Shown in pieces: positions 22,400-34,258 of a stretch of DNA of 64,000 bases; position 1 is the stretch's first letter, and each line of letters begins with the position of its first letter. The DNA is taken from contig OZ076413.1 in the NCBI GenBank assembly GCA_964187785.1, positions 72,354,001 to 72,418,000 of the forward strand. The letters are read 5' to 3'. A program made the position numbers and the translations under genes. Origin of the DNA: Amphiscolops sp. MND2022 (lineage: Eukaryota). The notes under the pieces are model-generated. The model saw nothing but the letters and a program-made list of their open reading frames with translations. It was not told where the DNA came from and ran no database searches.

Positions 22400-23900
22400 A
22401 AAACCCAAATCGAACGAATACTTTTTTTGGAAATACCCTTTCTAGACGGGATCGTAGGCAGATGTATCCCACATACACGGCTAACATAGTATTTCTCTTA
22501 GATTCAATTGATAGTGCCGCCTTTTATTGATGTATTTTTATGCTGATTCTCAATTCAATATTTTTCATTTACGATCAATTGCTGTAGGTCATTTCATGTG
22601 AAGCAGCACAAGATTCATCTCTCAATCGCGTTTTTTTCCACAAATGCAGAGTTCTTTCCACTAAATTCCCCGACGAAAAAATATAGTTTCGCCAGATAAT
22701 GGTCACGCTGCTCTTATTTCCACAACTGTGCCTTCAATGCAGCAACTGTATGGGGCGCATTTAATTGAAAGGTGTCATTGGAAACCATTGACCCTGGTTT
22801 AGCCTCAAAGTGAGACGTTGTCGCAACGATTTTGCTAGAGTGGTCCTATTTGGCTTGTCTTGGAAGTTTTTTTTAAGAATCGCCATTTTTCACGGTATGG
22901 CTCAGAATTATAAGCGGATGAAAATTACGGCTAGGAAAGAAAAGTAATGATTTTCATACCCAAATTTGAAATGATGCAACTCTCATCTGTGCTGGGTATA
23001 AGGTGGTTTTTGGAAACTGGATGCAAATTTTTCCATATTTCGGAACAGTCAAACCCTTTTTCAAGAAGTGCACGAATCCAACCCAGCTTTGTTACGCTCC
23101 ATGTATACCCAAGCAGAACCAAGTTTGCACTTTCGTCATTAGCACGTCGCCTTTTTTCCCCTGAATGAACTTCAGCAAAGTTACAGTTCCTGAATCCTCG
23201 TGGCTCAATTTTTGATCGATCAGCCCATGTAGTAAAATGTGGCCGGCAATTACAATGACTCGTTTTTTTCCAGACCAGAGTTCACTCTGAAAGGTCCTTT
23301 TTAGCCCATTTCTAGCTGGATTATTGGTTAGAGGACAAGGATTGTGGACAGAGGTCAAGTGTTCAATATCGGTCAGTTTTTTAAAAACGGGATGTAGTAA
23401 GAGCGGGACGTTTGTAGGATATATTCTAGGACTCAAACCTAACCAATTGTGAAATTGACCTATAATACTATACATTTACTTTTCTGGTATAAATTTCAAC
23501 CTTTAAATTTTTCGAGCCTGAAGCGGGGTGCCGACTTATGCGGATCTCGCCTTGTTTTCTTCCCTGCCAATGGAAGATCACCTTGATCAGAATATGGTGA
23601 CCATATACCATATTCTGATTGGTGTATCCCATCTGGGCATGAAACACCACACACCTGCGGCCCACTTCTGGAATCGCTTTCCATTAAGATCTTACTATTT
23701 GTGATGTTAACTTGTTAACAAGAACACTCCTTTCAAACTTTGGTATAAAAACAAGATGATAAAAACGAAGGTCTCATAATTTGATGAATTTGCGTTTTAT
23801 TCTTCTTTCAATTAGAGCACGCGTAGACGGATTTAGCTAGCAATGGGCTTCGTTTAATTTGCTTCCCATAAATTTTCGATTCACCTCTAAAATCCCTAAT
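22400..23900 (-). pseudogene. Degenerate DNA transposase remnant (possibly EnSpm/CACTA-like)
   Basis: Fragmented minus-strand ORFs (23092..23684). GHILLH...EDSG..LLKFIQG weakly resembles the EnSpm H.LLH...ES.NG.L region. Confidence 0.25.
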
Positions 23901-25752
23901 TTTTTTCTGCAACTGGAGTGTGCTTACTTTACTAGCAGCAAGCAGTGTTAACGAACCCTCAGCTTGAAATTTCAGAGCTGTTCATCTTTGGAAACGGTGA
24001 GCTATTCAGCCTGATCTTAGTCTCATTCTTTTCTCAATTTCAACAACAACTTGATCGACCGGAACCACCAAATTTCTCTCTTTTTGGAGACCACTCTTCT
24101 GAACAACACTTTTGGGCAGTTTCCGATTAACATTTCATTGAATGTCTCCATTAGTGTTGCGGTTCCTCGTCAAAAAATTTTGTCCAATAATTAGATCGCC
24201 AATCATCGCCTAAGGGCGGCTTTTCTCAAGACTGGGGTTGAATTGTGAACTTCTGATCTGAAACGACTGCTCCGGTTTCTCTTGCTAACAAATTTTTTCT
24301 TCGATGTACTCAATTAGTTTGAACACAAATTTTCAAAGACTGTGAATTTTCAAACAGTGACATGGAAATGATCATGCTATAGTTATATTTAAAATAGTTG
24401 AATACCAATTGAAGGCTTTTATTGTTTGTTGCTGATTTTTTGTGTAGATATTGATAAATGTTTACAGCTCAACATTGCCGAGCTCATCGTTTTTCATGAT
24501 ATTTTGTTAGTAAACACTAGTCTCGGGGTAGAGAGTCTCATAAATGAGAGCCTCGGAAAATGGTGAAAACGCCATGCAGCCAATTGCCTTTTAGTCTCGT
24601 TTTTCGGATCAGTCTCAAATTGTAAAGCAGTGACTATGGTGGGAATTTCTATCAAATGTATGCACGCCAATTAATTGCACAGGGGATGATATTCTTTGGC
24701 CTACCAACGTACCAATAAAATAGTGAAAGTATTCATTCGACTGTTAAGCTTACTGTAAGTATATTTCAATAAAAGCAAAACCCATGAAAGGTCGCATCGA
24801 GTCAAAAATGGCCGGCCGTGTACAGACAAAAGCGCCCGAATGCAAAACGTCTCAATACTTTTTGATTTGATTTCACAACCTCTAATTAATCGTAATTGAA
24901 GGTGTTCCAATACAAGATTAACTCACTGGTAATTCCAGATTTCACATTCTCGCACCTAACAAATGTCAATTGAAAATTACTTAAACTGCTAATTTTGGCA
25001 TTTCTGAACAAACTATATCAATTTTTTAATAAATAAATTTGTCAATAAACTGGTTTGAGATGAAATACTGATAATTATTTTATTGGAGCGAGGAACTTGA
25101 AATTGGTTTTGAAGAAGAGTCAACAAATCTTTTGTAGTCTTTGATTGGGGCGCTTTTGACTGCGTATTTTGGGCGCGTTTGTGTGGGGCGCCTTCGGACA
25201 GGGATAACAAATTCACGAAGATTACTACTGTAACAGTCGTCTTTTTAATATGTTCAATTTGTATCTCTTCGAATGCTAGGAGCGACTGTTAGGGAGTTAT
25301 TTGGTGCTACGTAATATTTTGAATATTTACTTTTTGGTCACTGTGTGGTACACCTTGAGTAAAGAAAAACTTTATTGCTTTTAGAAAAGAACTTTAATTA
25401 TTATATTTATCTTGATAGCAGATAGAATGAAAAACAACAAATAAATACAGTATAAATTACTAACATATTTTTGGGCAAAATGATGGATGAAAATCAGCAA
25501 CTGATCTGTATTAGAGAAAATTTGCTTACTGAGCAAATTAGGTAAGTTCTCGTTTATTGTAAAAAAAAACGAGACGAGGAGGGAAATGATGATTAATGTC
25601 TAGGTACCAGATGACAAAGACGTTTGGGAAATATGTTGAGTAATATCTCGGTTAACTGTTGAATCACTATGAGCGATTAAATGTATAAATGTATATACTA
25701 GAAGAAACAAACTAAAATGAAAACTGCAGGCATAAATTTAACAGCGCAGCTT

Positions 25753-25920
25753 AGCAACGGTGCATTGATGAAGCAAGATTGAGCAAAAATTTTACAACAT
25801 AGCAACGGCGCCTTGATAAAGCAAAAATGAGCAAAAATTTTAGAACATAGCAACAGCGCCTTGATAAAGCAAAAATGAGCAAAAATTTTACAACATAGCA
25901 ACGGCGCCTTGATAAAATAA
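25753..25920. repeat. 48-bp minisatellite (~3.5 copies)
   Basis: AGCAACGGCGCCTTGATAAAGCAAAAATGAGCAAAAATTTTACAACAT in tandem, with no spacers. Confidence 0.9.
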
Positions 25921-25954
25921 TACACAATCCTTTTTAAAGAGATGATTCATTGAA

Positions 25955-26199
25955 TAAGCTGTTTTGCAAAAGTGCCTAGTCATTTCCTGTCTTGTACGAG
26001 GAATGCTTTGTCATATTACTCCCGGAAATGTACGTTTGCGTCCCGCAAATGAGGATCACAGGTCCATGAGCTCATGGAGAGACTTCAGAAGGGGGTCGCA
26101 CCTGCGACACGTTCGTAGTCCTTGCTCTCGTCGGTGTACGCCGGCCAGGTCACAACAGCGATAGACTTCTAGTAGTTCGTGGGTAAGAAGAATACGTTT
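25955..26199 (-). repeat. 3' LTR (the part shared with the 5' copy)
   Basis: Matches 40377-40621 with 8 substitutions in 245 bp by manual comparison. Confidence 0.85.
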
Positions 26200-26411
26200 C
26201 GTTGGGTTACCAGGGGCAGGTATTTACTAAGTGCTTGTGGGACTGAGGGGTTTTTGTCAGGGTGTAGCAAGTGTAACAAGGACTTCACGTGGTCATTGAT
26301 GGTATCACTGGAAGCTGTAGGGAGACAATGAATGACGTCAAACAGTAGCTGCTTCGGGGCCATGAATTCATCAAGAATCAAGGGCATTTTCTTAAAATGG
26401 TAAAAAACCAT
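26056..26411 (-). CDS. J-domain (DnaJ/Hsp40-like) accessory protein with Cys-rich C-terminus, one frameshift near 26200
   Basis: LFDVIHCLPTASSDTINDHVKSLLHLLHPDKNPSVPQALSKYLPLVTQ / KRILLTHELLEVYRCCDLAG...TCRRCDPLL*. It has the HPD motif and J-domain helix spacing. Confidence 0.75.
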
Positions 26412-26416
26412 ATTCT

Positions 26417-26812
26417 TTAATGCGGGACAAATCGTTGTGTGGACGTAATATTTGTGAGGGCCGTTACGTCCTCAGACCATGAAAACGTTCGTTTTAAAAG
26501 TTCCTCGTTTACTTCATTGAGTGTATTGACACGGGCGCGAAGCGACTGTATTTGGTCTTTCAGGTCAGCGTTGAGCTGCTCGAGTGACTTGACGTCTTGT
26601 TGGCGAGAAGCGAGTTGTTCCTCCACGTCTTCCAGACGTTGACATAACTGGCGTGCAGATGTCATTTCGGCATGGACAACGTGAACATAATGGTCACCAT
26701 CTATTTGGCACTGGATCTCGAAGTCCTCAGTATCGGGGTGCACTCTAGAGGGCACGGGTTCACACAGGCAATTTTCGGTAGGTTTGTCCACTTGCGCCAC
26801 AGCATCAATCAT
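26417..26812 (-). CDS. Accessory ORF with leucine-zipper-like coiled coil (131 aa), intact only in unit 1
   Basis: Heptads LEDVEEQLASRQQDVKSLEQLNADLKDQIQSLRARVNTLNEVNEELL. Its start overlaps the upstream ORF stop (ATGA). Copies 2 and 3 carry a 5-nt deletion. Confidence 0.65.
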   Translation of the reverse strand: MIDAVAQVDKPTENCLCEPVPSRVHPDTEDFEIQCQIDGDHYVHVVHAEMTSARQLCQRLEDVEEQLASRQQDVKSLEQLNADLKDQIQSLRARVNTLNEVNEELLKRTFSWSEDVTALTNITSTQRFVPH

Positions 26813-27120
26813 GGCGGGCGCTGTTTGGGTGGGATTTTCATGGGTGGAAGGGGGCGGTAAGTGAATATCGGTGGTAGGCCTTGTGAAATTACGGCGGGAC
26901 GAATCCGCGTCCAGACGCTGAAGTACAGCGGTCCCGCTATGCGAGTTGACTCGCAGGACCCGGTAGTCGTCATCGTGGAGAATGCGGACCGTATCAAACC
27001 TGGTAATCTTGGATACACGGCCAGAACTCGTGTATACGGGAACTCCGGCAGGGCGCTTTGCAGGGAACCTGAAAAAAAATGGGCGTTATAACGTTCAAAG
27101 ATATAAAAATATAGAAACAT
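26809..27120 (-). CDS. Accessory ORF of unknown function (103 aa, Pro-rich C-terminus)
   Basis: Intact in unit 1, coupled to the next ORF by an ATGA overlap. A possible acceptor TTTTTTTCAG lies near its start. Confidence 0.5.
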   Translation of the reverse strand: MFLYFYIFERYNAHFFSGSLQSALPEFPYTRVLAVYPRLPGLIRSAFSTMTTTGSCESTRIAGPLYFSVWTRIRPAVISQGLPPIFTYRPLPPMKIPPKQRPP

Positions 27121-30100
27121 CCAGAATACCTTTACAATTTGAACTTAGGGCACGTAGTTACATTATTCTCAGGTGAAGTGCGATTTTCAATTGTTTTTTT
27201 TAAAATTACAATGGTGAGATGATGATCATTGAGGGGACACGCTAACGTGTACAAGTACAGGGTTCCAAAAAGGAACAGGTACAGTGATGTACCAGTGGGG
27301 GAACACGGAAACGTGCTAAAAGGGGTCCACTATTAAGCGGAACTAGTACGAAACGTACGTTAGAGAGGGGCACATAACATGCACTTGATGGGGCACAAAA
27401 ATGCGTTGATTATACAATGTAAGTAGAGGGCAAACACTTTGCAGTCTATGTAGTAGACTCTGTGTATAAGGGAGCGGTGATATCTGGATGAACACGTAGG
27501 GGGACAGGTGGTTGAGATCAAGAGGCATATTTTGAACGTCCGGATTGGTTTCATGGTTTTAGAGGCCAAAGGCTTAAGTGCCGTAAATTCACTGAGGTTC
27601 AGTTCGAGAAATGCTGACGCGTCGTCAGTGGCCGTTGATGTGGAAAGATTATGTGAAGAAAACGTCCTGTCGAGGTTTTGAAGAATTTGTGGGGGTGTAA
27701 AAACAACGTTTTCCATTGACGACGGAAAAGAGTGAAACTGATAGTAAAAGTCAACAACGAAAGGGTTATGGACACAGTAGAGAAAAGTACGGCTCTACGG
27801 AAGGGCAAGTAAGAAGCAAGAGCTTTCGAAGTTGCTGGTGGGACGGAGGAATAATATTCGGCAATCGGTCGTGTCAACTTGTCAACGGATTCCGTGGACA
27901 TCCGTTGCACATCGGGTAATTTCGCCAACTCCATGCGGACGCTGTTTAAAATGGACTGGCGGGCTTCACCAACTGAGTAAACCGGGAATAAATGATTGAC
28001 AGTAGGCACACGACGGAAAATTTGTTCTAACGATGGCGTTAGGGCAACAGTAGCATAACAGGGGTCTGGATTGGATTCGCAGAAATCCATGTCAGGGGCT
28101 AGAACCAGGTCGCCTTGATTCAGCGAGAGAACGCTGGAACAGCTCGGACGAATAACACAAGCCTGACAGTGAATGGTGGAAACAGACACGCCGTGCTGAC
28201 GGCTGTCATTCTTGATCCTTAAAAAGGGGTCGCGCGATATGACATGGTAGAGGCCATCTGCCAGGTAGAAGGCTTGAGGGGCTTGAGGGAAGTAACACAG
28301 ACTTCACCAGACAGTTTGGCAAAGCAGGGATGTCATGATTATATAGGAGGGAGCCCAAACACAGGAGTGTTTCATCGGTCGTTGTTGAGAACCCTTTGAG
28401 ACACAATTTGATCCGGTTATTGTGTATGTAACAATGACTTCACGTGGTCATTGATGGTATCACTGGAAGCTGTAGGGAGACAATGAATGACGTCAAACAG
28501 TAGCTGCTTCGGGGCCATGAATTCATCAAGAATCAAGGGCATTTTCTCGAAATGGTAAAAAACCATATTCTTTAATGCGGGACAAATCGTTGTGTGGACG
28601 TAATATTTGTGAGGGCCGTTACGTCCTCAGACCATGAAAACGTTCGTTTTAAAAGTTCCTCGTTTACTTCATTGAGTGTATTGAGACGGGCGCGAAGCGA
28701 CTGTATTTGGTCTTTCAGGTCAGCGTTGAGCTGCTCGAGTGACTTGACGTCTTGTTGGCGAGAAGCGAGTTGTTCCTCCACGTCTTCCAGACGTTGACAT
28801 AACTGGCGTGCAGATGTCATTTCGGACAACGTGAACATAATGGTCACCATCTATTTGGCACTGGATCTCGAAGTCCTCAGTATCGGGGTGCACTCTAGGG
28901 GGCACGGGTTCACACAGGCAATTTTCGGTAGGTTCGTCCACTTGCGCCACAGCATCAATCATGGCGGGCGCTGTTTGGGTGGGATTTTCATGGGTGGAAG
29001 GGGGCGGTAAGTGGATATCGGTGGTAGGCCTTGTGAAATTACGGCGGGACGAATCCGCGTCCAGACGCTGAAGTACAGCGGTCCCGCTAGGCGAGTTGAC
29101 TCGCAGGACCCAGTAGTCGTCATCGTGGAGAATGCGGACCGTATCAAACCTGGTAATCTTGGATACACGGCCAGAACTCGTGTATACGGGAACTCCGGCA
29201 GGGCGCTTTGCAGGAAACCTGAAAAAAATGGGCGTTATAACGTTCAAAGATATAAAAATATAGAAACATCCAGAATACCTTTACAATTTGAACTTAGGGC
29301 ACGTAGTTACATTATTCTCAAGTGAAGTGCGATTTTCAATTTTTTAAATTACAATGGTGAGATGATGATCATTGAGGGGACACGCCAACGTGTACAAGTA
29401 CAGGGTTCCAAAAAGGAACAGGTACAGTGATGTACCAGTGGGGGAACACGGAAACGTGCTAAAAGGGGTCCACTATTAAGCGGAACTAGTACGAAACGTA
29501 CGTTAGAGAGGGGCACATAACATGCACTTGATGGGGCACAAAAATGCGTTGATTATACAATGTAAGTAGAGGGCAAACACTTTGCAGTCTATGTAGTAGA
29601 CTCTGTGTATAAGGGAGCGGTGATATCTGGATAAACACGTAGGGGGACAGGTGGTTGAGATCAAGAGGCATATTTTGAACGTCCGGATTGATGTTTCATG
29701 GTTTTAGAGGCCAAAGGCTTAAGTGCCGTAAATTCACTGAGGTTCAGTTCGAGAAATGCTGACGCGTCGTCAGTGGCCGTTGATGTGGAAAGATTATGTG
29801 AAGAAAACGTCCTGTCGAGGTTTTGAAGAATTTGTGGGGGTGTAAAAACAACGTTTTCCATTGACGACGGAAAAGAGTGAAACTGATAGTAAAAGTCAAC
29901 AACGAAAGGGTTATGGACACAGTAGAGAAAAGTACGGCTCTACGGAAGGGCAAGTAAGAAGCAAGAGCTTTCGAAGTTGCTGGTGGGATGGAGGAATAAT
30001 ATTCGGCAATCGGTCGTGTCAACTTGTCAACGGATTCGGTGGACATCCGTTGCACATCGGGTAATTTCGCCAACTCCATGCGGACGCTGTTTAAAATGGA

Positions 30101-31789
30101 CTGGCGGGCTTCACCAACTGAGTAAACCGGGAATAAATGATTGACAGTAGGCACACGACGGAAAATTTGTTCTAACGATGGCGTTAGGGCAACAGTAGCA
30201 TAACAGGGGTCTGGATTGGATTCGCAGAAATCCATGTCAGGGGCTAGAACCAGGTCGCCTTGATTCAGCGAGAGAACGCTGGAACAGCTCGGACGAATAA
30301 CACAAGCCTGACAGTGAATGGTGGAAACAGACACGCCGTGCTGACGGCTGTCATTCTTGATCCTTAAAAAGGGGTCGCGCGATATGACATGGTAGAGGCC
30401 ATCTGCCAGGTAGAAGGCTTGAGGGGCTTGAGGGAAGTAACACAGACTTCACCAGACAGTTTGGCAAAGCAGGGATGTCATGATTATATAGGAGGGAGCC
30501 CAAACACAGGAGTGTTTCATCGGTCGTTGTTGAGAACCCTTTGAGACACAATTTGATCCGGTTATTGTGTATGTAACAAGGACTTCACGTGGTCATTGAT
30601 GGTATCACTGGAAGCTGTAGGGAGACAATGAATGACGTCAAACAGTAGCTGCTTCGGGGCCATGAATTCATCAAGAATCAAGGGCATTTTCTTGAAATGG
30701 TAAAAAACCATATTCTTTAATGCGGGACAAATCGTTGTGTGGACGTAATATTTGTGAGGGCCGTTACGTCCTCAGACCATGAAAACGTTCGTTTTAAAAG
30801 TTCCTCGTTTACTTCATTGAGTGTATTGAGACGGGCGCGAAGCGACTGTATTTGGTCTTTCAGGTCAGCGTTGAGCTGCTCGAGTGACTTGACGTCTTGT
30901 TGGCGAGAAGCGAGTTGTTCCTCCACGTCTTCCAGACGTTGACATAACTGGCGTGCAGATGTCATTTCGGACAACGTGAACATAATGGTCACCATCTATT
31001 TGGCACTGGATCTCGAAGTCCTCAGTATCGGGGTGCACTCTAGAGGGCACGGGTTCACACAGGCAATTTTCGGTAGGTTCGTCCACTTGCGCCACAGCAT
31101 CAATCATGGCGGGCGCTGTTTGGGTGGGATTTTCATGGGTGGAAGGGGGCGGTAAGTGGATATCGGTGGTAGGCCTTGTGAAATTACGGCGGGACGAATC
31201 CGCGTCCAGACGCTGAAGTACAGCGGTCCCGCTAGGCGAGTTGACTCGCAGGACCCGGTAGTCGTCATCGTGGAGAATGCGGACCGTATCAAACCTGGTA
31301 ATCTTGGATACACGGCCAGAACTCCGGCAGGGCGCTTTGCAGGAAGCCTGAAAAAAATGGGCGTTATAACGTTCAAAGATATAAAAATATAGAAACATCC
31401 AGAATACCTTTACAATTTGAACTTAGGGCACGTAGTTACATTATTCTCAAGTGAAGTGCGATTTTCAATTTTTTTAATTACAATGGTGAGATGATGATCA
31501 TTGAGGGGACACGCTAACGTGTACAAGTACAGGGTTCCAAAAAGGAACAGGTACAGTGATGTACCAGTGGGGGAACACGGAAACGTGCTAAAAGGGGTCC
31601 ACTATTAAGCGGAACTAGTACGAAACGTACGTTAGAGAGGGGCACATAACATGCACTTGATGGGGCACAAAAATGCGTTGATTATACAATGTAAGTAGAG
31701 GGCAAACACTTTGCAGTCTATGTAGTAGACTCTGTGTATAAGGGAGCGGTGATATCTGGATAAACACGTAGGGGGACAGGTGGTTGAGA

Positions 31790-34021
31790 TCAAGAGGCAT
31801 ATTTTGAACGTCCGGATTGATGTTTCATGGTTTTAGAGGCCAAAGGCTTAAGTGCCGTAAATTCACTGAGGTTCAGTTCGAGAAATGCTGACGCGTCGTC
31901 AGTGGCCGTTGATGTGGAAAGATTATGTGAAGAAAACGTCCTGTCGAGGTTTTGAAGAATTTGTGGGGGTGTAAAAACAACGTTTTCCATTGACGACGGA
32001 AAAGAGTGAAACTGATAGTAAAAGTCAACAACGAAAGGGTTATGGACACAGTAGAGAAAAGTACGGCTCTACGGAAGGGCAAGTAAGAAGCAAGAGCTTT
32101 CGAAGTTGCTGGTGGGATGGAGGAATAATATTCGGCAATCGGTCGTGTCAACTTGTCAACGGATTCGGTGGACATCCGTTGCACATCGGGTAATTTCGCC
32201 AACTCCATGCGGACGCTGTTTAAAATGGACTGGCGGGCTTCACCAACTGAGTAAACCGGGAATAAATGATTGACAGTAGGCACACGACGGAAAATTTGTT
32301 CTAACGATGGCGTTAGGGCAACAGTAGCATAACAGGGGTCTGGATTGGATTCGCAGAAATCCATGTCAGGGGCTAGAACCAGGTCGCCTTGATTCAGCGA
32401 GAGAACGCTGGAACAGCTCGGACGAATAACACAAGCCTGACAGTGAATGGTGGAAACAGACACGCCGTGCTGACGGCTGTCATTCTTGATCCTTAAAAAG
32501 GGGTCGCGCGATATGACATGGTAGAGGCCATCTGCCAGGTAGAAGGCTTGAGGGGCTTGAGGGAAGTAACACAGACTTCACCAGACAGTTTCGCAAAGCA
32601 GGGATTTCATGATTCTATAGGGGGGAGCCCAAACACAGGAGTGTTTCATCGGTCGTTGTTGAGAACCCTTTGAGACACAATTTGATCCGGTTATTACCTG
32701 AACATTGTTGGAGGGTGGAACTGTCCAGTTCAGCATAGCGTGTGTTATCAGTGGAAACAGCGAGGAACGGCTTCGAAAAGGTAAAGATGGAAGCAGTTTT
32801 GTTATCTCCGTTTGGTTGGTACAATGGTATTGCCTTGTAGATAGCGAATGTGGACGATCGAGAGTTCATTGGAATTCCCAAGACTACTGAAATACCACTC
32901 GGGATTAGGGCAATCTCTAAAACCAACTGAATTTCATAGTAGATAGCTTCAGGTCCAGGCTGTATAGCCGGTGACAGTTTGGTGCCGCGGCGGACTTCAT
33001 CCTCGGATAAATCTTTTACAATGGCAGCTATTTCGGCGGGGAGGAGGAATTGCGGCGTGATGTGACCACCGGCGAGAGAAGAAATTGTCGAGAATAAGTT
33101 GATTTTGTACGCGTAAAAAGCAGCACGGTATGCCTTGATGTTGGTATACAGCGATCCCAAGTCCGATACGAGGCTTCTTATGTCCTGATGGAACATAAAA
33201 TGTTGCGCCGGTGTCATAAGACATGCTTTGTACTGAATCAGTTGTCCTTTTATATGGTTGATCCGATCGGTTAAATTGTGAAGATGCTTGCTCACCGCAT
33301 CTCGAATTGTTTTCTTGTGTTTTCTTCACTTCATTTCCCAGCAGAAAGAAGTTCTCATCGTTGCGTGATTGCACACGACGTAGTGTTTCGATCGTGGCCT
33401 TTTTGTGTGCCAAAAGGTGTTCCACATCCCTAGCGGGGGCACTTATCATCACAGAGACTGAAAATTGATAGGGCCGTACATGCGGCATCCTTCACGGGGT
33501 CACCAAGATTTAGACCCGCACCTGCTGCAACAGCGCCAACAAAACGCCGATTCCGTGTCATGTGTTCCGGGCCCCTTTGATAAAATTTAGGGAGGAACGA
33601 TTGGGTTATATCGGACAATTCTAATTGTTCCTTCGTAGCTTCTCTAATTTACGTTTGTATAACAGTGATCCGCTTAGACAACTGTTCCAATAACAGACCA
33701 TAAATCTCGTTTATATTCGAGAATTTACACTACTTTTGTTGGTACATACCGCCAATACCAACAACACGATGCCTTGCTGCCAGTAACAGCTGTTTGGCAT
33801 CCGTGAGATTCACTTCTGGGAGCTTTGGGAAAGGTATAAAGACGCGAACTTTACTCTCACTCTCTGAGGTCACTGCCTGGTGTTTGAAGAGAAAGGATGC
33901 ACCTTTCTTGAAGACAGGGATTGGGGGTGCATCATTGACGTGGGTCGAGAAGTGGGTTACGGGGGTGCAGGCTGGAAGGTCGTAGAGCAGAAAGAAGGAT
34001 AGCAACGCTCGAAAGTCGATC
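31790..34021 (-). pseudogene. env: Envelope class I fusion glycoprotein (baculovirus F/errantivirus type), frameshifted
   Basis: Signal-like LLSFFLLY, furin site RNRR|FVGAVAAGAGL (33544/33543), heptad region, SL..GHITPQFLLP, Cys-rich domain, and C-terminal TM AVLFSTVSITLSLLTFTISFTLF. Confidence 0.85.
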
Positions 34022-34258
34022 CTAAAAGAAGACTACAGTGAAAATTCGGGACGCAGATGGAATTAGAGTATAGATAGCATTTAATATGACTGGCTTTGTT
34101 TGCTATCAGGGGAATTAAACTGCGTCAAATCCGGTGGTAGTTTAGCTTGTCATAAGGGTTGTGCCTTCCGCTGCGCAGCAGTGTTATCTCTGAGTTGACG
34201 ACGAGGTTGAACAGACGTGCCCGGGGGTGTGAGTGAGCGGGAAGCGCGTTCAACTTCT

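Larger units (their letters stand above)
26271..32695 (-). repeat. Tandem triplication of a ~2.14-kb unit (26271-28421, 28422-30566, 30567-32695)
   Basis: The identical junction CCGGTTATT|GTGTATGTAACAA occurs twice. The same ORFs recur three times in the ORF track. Confidence 0.95.

Noticed and set aside
25753-25920. 48-bp repeats as a CRISPR array
   Set aside because: The units are head-to-tail with no unique spacers, there are no cas genes, and the context is eukaryotic.
28380-28570. In-frame J-domain/env fusion at the triplication junctions
   Set aside because: The J frame reads ...LLHTQ* and stops at the junction (unit 3 into unit 2), and env is in a different frame.
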